A stretch of DNA of 63,186 bases, the filler included, from Chiloscyllium plagiosum (Eukaryota), in the NCBI RefSeq assembly GCF_004010195.1. It is 5 parts of one record of this genome, joined end to end, with 100 filler letters (N's around TTAATTAATTAA, not from the genome) between each part and the next. Parts side by side here need not be neighbours in the genome. Positions count along the whole stretch, not along the records: positions 53,425 to 59,157 come from NC_057716.1; positions 59,258 to 63,186 come from NC_057716.1; 3 more parts are not named here. One strand, written 5' to 3'. This document shows positions 58,378 to 63,186 of the stretch, one piece after another. The position numbers and the translations under genes are program-made. The notes beneath the pieces were generated by a model that saw only the letters and a program-made list of their open reading frames with translations, was not told the origin of the DNA and searched no databases. Within the stretch, counting starts at the first letter, position 1. Every line of letters starts with the position of its first letter.

Positions 58378-58850
58378 AAAGTTAAAAATCACACAACACC
58401 AAGTTATAGTCCAACAGGTTCATTTGGGAATACAAGCTTTTGGAGCACTGCTCCTTCATCAGGTAGCTAGTGGGGAAGGATCATAGGACTCAGAATTTAT
58501 AGTAAAAGATCAAAGTGTCAAACACTGATGCGATATATTAAACAAATCTAGATTGATGTTAAGTCTTTAATCATTTAGAACGGGGATGCAGGTTTTGACT
58601 TCTTCCAAGTCACAGTTCTAAGATAATGTAAGGTTTTATCAGTATTTTAAAAAGTGACATCTCAGCACAGACAAGGCATTAAAAGATGTGAGGTTAGAGT
58701 CTGTCTATATCCTAACCTTGAGACAGATTGGTTCCACTTCCAAAGTAGGAATTTATAAAATGTCACATTGACTGACTGCATCCAGTATGTGTGATTTTTG
58801 AACAAAATAGAATGTATCTGCAAATCCAAATTCATTCCATAGACTTACAT
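58378..58850 (-). mobile_element. Penelope-like element 3' region (second family) with hammerhead relic (58434-58462)
   Basis: Same terminus as 30390-30480; minus strand CTGATGA-A-GGAGC-AGT-GCTCC-AAAAGCTT. Confidence 0.75.
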
Positions 58851-59157
58851 ATGAGTGTGTGTCTATGTGGGGGAGAGTGTGAGGGAGAGAGTGGTAGAGT
58901 GTGTGTATGTGTTTCTGGGAGTGTGTTTGTGCATGTGTGCGTGCACGAGTATGACTGTATATGCCTGTGCGAGGGTGTGATTGAGTGTGAGTTCAAGTGT
59001 GTATGAGAGCGCGTGTATGAGAGAGGGTCTGTGTGTGATTGTGTATGAGAGAAAGAGCAAGAGAAAGGGAGAGAGTGTGGGAGAGAGAGAGTGTGGGAGA
59101 GAGATGGGAGAGAGAGAGAGGAAGGGGATTGAGAGAGAGAGAGAGGAAGGGGATTGA
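58851..59157. repeat. (TG)n/(GA)n-rich low-complexity tract
   Basis: Direct inspection. Confidence 0.85.
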
Positions 59158-59257
59158 NNNNNNNNNNNNNNNNNNNNNNNNNNNNNNNNNNNNNNNNNNN
59201 NTTAATTAATTAANNNNNNNNNNNNNNNNNNNNNNNNNNNNNNNNNNNNNNNNNNNN
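59158..59257. other. Artificial contig linker
   Basis: 44N-TTAATTAATTAA-44N. Confidence 0.97.
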
Positions 59258-59582
59258 TTCCACTGATGGGTGAGTGCCGAACGAGAGGACACAGCTTAAA
59301 AATACGGGGTAGACCATTTAGGACAGAGCTCAGGAGAAACTTCTTCACCCAGAGAGTGGTGGCTGTGTGGAATGCTCTGCCACAGGGGGCAGTGGAGGCC
59401 CAGTCTCTGGATTCATTTAAGAAGGAGTTGGATAGAGCTCTCAAAGATAGTGGAATCAAGGGTTATGGAGATAAGGCAGGAACAGGATACTGATTAGGAA
59501 TGATCAGCCATGATTACATTAAATGGCGGTGCAGGCTCGAAGGGCTGAATGGCCTACTCCTGCACCTATTGTCTATTGTCTA
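59258..59582 (+). mobile_element. Young CR1 3' end
   Basis: ORF 59266-59493 RTRGHSLK..RNFFTQRVV.VWNALP; (TATTGTC)n tail. Confidence 0.92.
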
Positions 59583-60254
59583 AGCCAATTCTGGTTCCAA
59601 GAGTTGGTTTTTCAACATAATTAGAGGATTTTTTAAAACAAGCAGTCCACATTCATTTTAACCATAATAACTTTATATTGTTAATTTATCCAAATTACTT
59701 GGCAAATGAGCATTTGGATTGGCAGTTAATACTTTGTAAATTTATGTCAAGAATTTATTTTATAGTACAATGGGCATAAATCATTTACATGTTTTTGACG
59801 CAGTAGCACATTACTTAGCATCACAAAGTTCAAGTTCTATTTGTTTCAGCACATGAGCTAACTGTACTGACAAAGATGCTGAATTTCAAACAGCTTCCCA
59901 ATTAGGCATAGAATAGTCAATGGTAACAGTTCCCTGGCGTCTCTATGTTGAGATCTTAATTCTTTCAACCATAAAACGAAGAGACCTATAATCAGACCGA
60001 TGATCTCAGCCTTGGTAACAAAAATGTTCTATGATTTTGATACAAGAAAATTATCTTCTTGGAGTTTGGAAACTCAACTAACAGCGTATGGGTTTTGTCT
60101 TTTTGTGTGAAGGTGTATTATAATTAACTTGGTCAGTCTTTTTCAAATCATAATCTTAAATCAGAGTGGGTAAAATAGCAGATAACTGAGGATTTTTGAT
60201 GTGTTCATGGTATTTCACAACACACTGGTAAGATGTGAGACAGGAGACGAGGGG

Positions 60255-60697
60255 GTACCCTACGAGGACAGGCTGAGCCGCCTGGATCTGTACTCGCTAG
60301 AATTTGGAAGAAGAGAGAGGATCTTGTAGAAGCATATAAAATTATGAAAGGGATAGATAAGAGGCAGGCAAGTAGTTTCTGCTGGTGGGGGAAGACTCTG
60401 ACTAGGGGACACAGCCTCAAAATTAGAGGGGAATAGATTTAGGACAGATGAATAGGAACTGCTTTACCTAAAGAATAGTGAATCTATGAACTTCTCTGTC
60501 CAAGGAAGCAGTAGAGGCAGCTTCATTAAATATATTCAAGACACAGTTGGATGAATTTTTGCATGGTCGGGGAATTAAGGGTTATGGGGATAATGCAGGT
60601 AGGAGGAGCTGAGACGATGGATGGATCAGCCATTATCTTAAAATGAATGGCGGAGCTGGCGCGATGGGCCAAATGGCCTACTCCTGCTTCTATTATT
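60255..60697 (+). mobile_element. CR1 3' end
   Basis: YEDRL...ACTAGGGGACACAGCCTCAAAAT..GGGCCAAATGGCCTACTCCTGC. Confidence 0.85.
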
Positions 60698-61269
60698 ATA
60701 AAATTAAGCCATTATTTTAGCAGATGTTAGGACAAGCATTTTTTAAAAATTGAGTTTAAAGGCTTTAAGTTCAATTCAAGAATAGTTTTGCCTGGAACAC
60801 TTAAATGAATAAGCTCTCAGTCTAAGGGTTATAGCTCGCAAAAATGTCCAAGTTAAAAGGAAGTCTTTGGTTAGAACCCTGCAGATTATTAAAGAACTGA
60901 GGAAGTTTAAGTTTAAAAAGTGAGGGTGGTCAAGGGAAAACTGTTTGAAGCTCACAGAACCAAAACCGAAAAAAATCATTTGAGCCCAAAATAGAAATCT
61001 GAAAAGGAAGGATAATTTCCATGGATTTTGATTAACTGTAAAATGGTGATATCTGCATACTGCCAGGTGTTTAAATCTTCAAACATTGACATGTTGGTTT
61101 GTTTCATTTTCTTTTTGTATTTAACAAACTTCTGTTCACTTGATAAAACCAAAATTCCATTCTGGCACACTTAAGTTTCATTAATGACCACCATTGTTAA
61201 GTTTAAAACAAGAAAATATAGTGTATCAAACCAAATTTGACGTATCCAAAAATAACATTGGCTAGGAAA

Positions 61270-62320
61270 ATTACACCAGCACATTACTGGAGTTCCTCAA
61301 GGTATATGTCATCAGTCCAACTATATTCAATGTTGTTCCCTCCAAAGTCTGATGTGAGAATGATCACTGGTAATTGCATGGTGTTCTTTTTTTGACACAA
61401 TTCCTTAGATTGATCAATATCCATACTTAATTGCACTGCTAAGTATCAAGCAACATTCCTGTCAAACAAGTGCCAGGCAATAATATTCTCAAACGAGACA
61501 GAGTAAACACTTGCCACATACCATTTAACAGCATTACAGTGATGAGAAAAAGTTACAATTGTTCTAGAGGACTGTAGGGCTGCTCTCTGACAAGAGAGCT
61601 AGGGCAAGAAATTACTGATGGTGGATGAACCTGAGAGCCACCATGCCTCAGACAAGGAGTGCAGTCAAGAAAGTGGAATCTTCCTGGCGACCTCAACTAA
61701 TACAGAAACTTAACACCCTAGTGTTTCACATCATTCTGCATTGCCATCCAGTTGTTTAGTCAACTGTGCTAGCCCACCCCATCACGAGAGCCTTTGTCAT
61801 TCATATCTGGAGCTCACTGCTAACAAAAAAGTTCACTGGACCAGCCATGTAAATACTGTGGTTAAAACCATGTTTTGGAGTTAGTTATTGTAAGACAAAT
61901 GATGTATTTTCTAACTCAGCACAGCCTGTGCACCATCAACAAAAGGCTCAAGGCAAGGGTATCATGGAATATTTTGCACTTAGCACATCCACCATCGGGT
62001 TCATTCCCTACATTGTTACAAAACAGCTGCAGCATGCATCATCGCAAGATACAGTGCAACAAGTTTGCAAGCCATGTTTTATTGCACCTCCCCATGAGCT
62101 CCACCACCTATGAAGATAGGGTAGCAGGAGGTTCACATCCATGCGACACAACATCCTGATTTGGGAACAAATATTTCTTCCTTCATCTCGGATTTAAAAG
62201 ACCACTTATCCTGCCTTCAGGACACAGTGTTTCAAGAAAGTAGCGCACCAACACCATCTGCCCAAAGACAACTTGGATGGGCAATAAATGCTAGCAACAC
62301 CCACATACTGTGACTTAATA
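61270..62320 (+). mobile_element. Old fragments of the second LINE family, with a nested minus-strand tRNA-SINE (about 61555-61780)
   Basis: GVPQG-like GGAGTTCCTCAAGG; AAGGCTCAAGGCAAGGG..ATGGAATA; tail GGATGGGCAATAAATGCT. Confidence 0.6.
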
Positions 62321-62524
62321 CATAAAATAGAAACCTGTTTATTAATATTACAACTACTTTAAAACATTGATGTTTGCAAATTGTCTGGCAAATTAATTGT
62401 AACTGTAACAACACATATTGCCAAAGAAGCCATTTTGGATGTTAAGAGGTTCTGTAAAGCACAATATAATGGGATTTCCTTCCTTTCCATTGTAATCAGT
62501 GTTTACATATTGATAGACGATCAA

Positions 62525-63186
62525 TTTTCTCAGCAGAGAGCGGCGCGAGCTGGGCGGAAGTGAGATTGGAGCGCAGAGCTGGTCGGGAAGGTAAGTGATA
62601 TGTAAAGAACTTACCTCGACGCCAACGGTCTTTTCTCAGCAAAGAGCGGCGCGAGCTGGGCGGAAGTGAGGTTGGAGCGCAGAGCTGGTCGGGAAGATAA
62701 GTGGTTGATATTTGAGTGGGTGTGTTCTAAACCCCAGGCCCTACATAGTAGGGCCTCCCTCCCATCCTCCTCCTCTAACCTAACTTTAAAGTTCACAGGT
62801 AAGCTACTCAGTGTTCTTGCTTTGGAGACGAAGTGTAGAGTAATGGCAGCGCAGGCAGTGGAATGTTCCTCCTGCAGGATGTTTGAGATAGGGTTGACCA
62901 CCAATACTCCTGCCAACTTCATCTGCAAGAAATGCAGTCAGATCCTGCTCCTCACAGAACGAGTTAGGGAACTGGAACTGGAGTTGGATGAACAGAGGAT
63001 TATTCGAGAGGCTGAGAAGGTGATAGAAGCTACAGGGACATAGTTACGCCAGAGAACAGAGGTAGCTGGGTAACAGTTAGAGATGGGAAGGGGAGGGAGC
63101 AGGCAGTGCAGGGATCCCCTGTAGTCATTCCTCTAAACAATAGGTATACCGCTTTGGATACTGGTGGGGGGGGACAGCCTAGCAGG
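62525..63186 (+). mobile_element. CR1 5' UTR and ORF1 N-terminus (zinc finger and leucine zipper), running off the window
   Basis: MAAQAVECSSCRMFE..FICKKC..LLTERVRELELELD (from 62842); IPLNNRYTAL motif. Confidence 0.9.

Overview
Eukaryotic, repeat-saturated vertebrate DNA, almost certainly a shark or other elasmobranch. The inference rests on abundant HER1-type CR1 LINEs, HE1-type V-SINEs sharing their 3' tail, a DeuSINE relic and shark-style Penelope fragments. No intact host protein-coding gene could be recognised. The window is a draft assembly with one 554-N gap and four artificial 100-bp linkers (44N-TTAATTAATTAA-44N), so continuity across those points is not assured. Main content: (i) many CR1 fragments, one near full length; (ii) three unrelated defective endogenous retroviruses within about 22 kb, namely a PBS-Trp class-I-like element, a two-LTR PBS-Ser element with spuma/SnRV-like RT and gamma-type env inserted into a PIF/Harbinger Myb gene, and a PBS-Pro gamma-like element with a vestigial second gag; (iii) Penelope-like elements carrying at least eight minimal hammerhead ribozyme motifs in two families; (iv) decayed Harbinger and Tigger/pogo DNA transposons, a Tx1 3' end and a tRNA-Trp pseudogene; (v) several unexplained unique stretches, reported as low-confidence leads.
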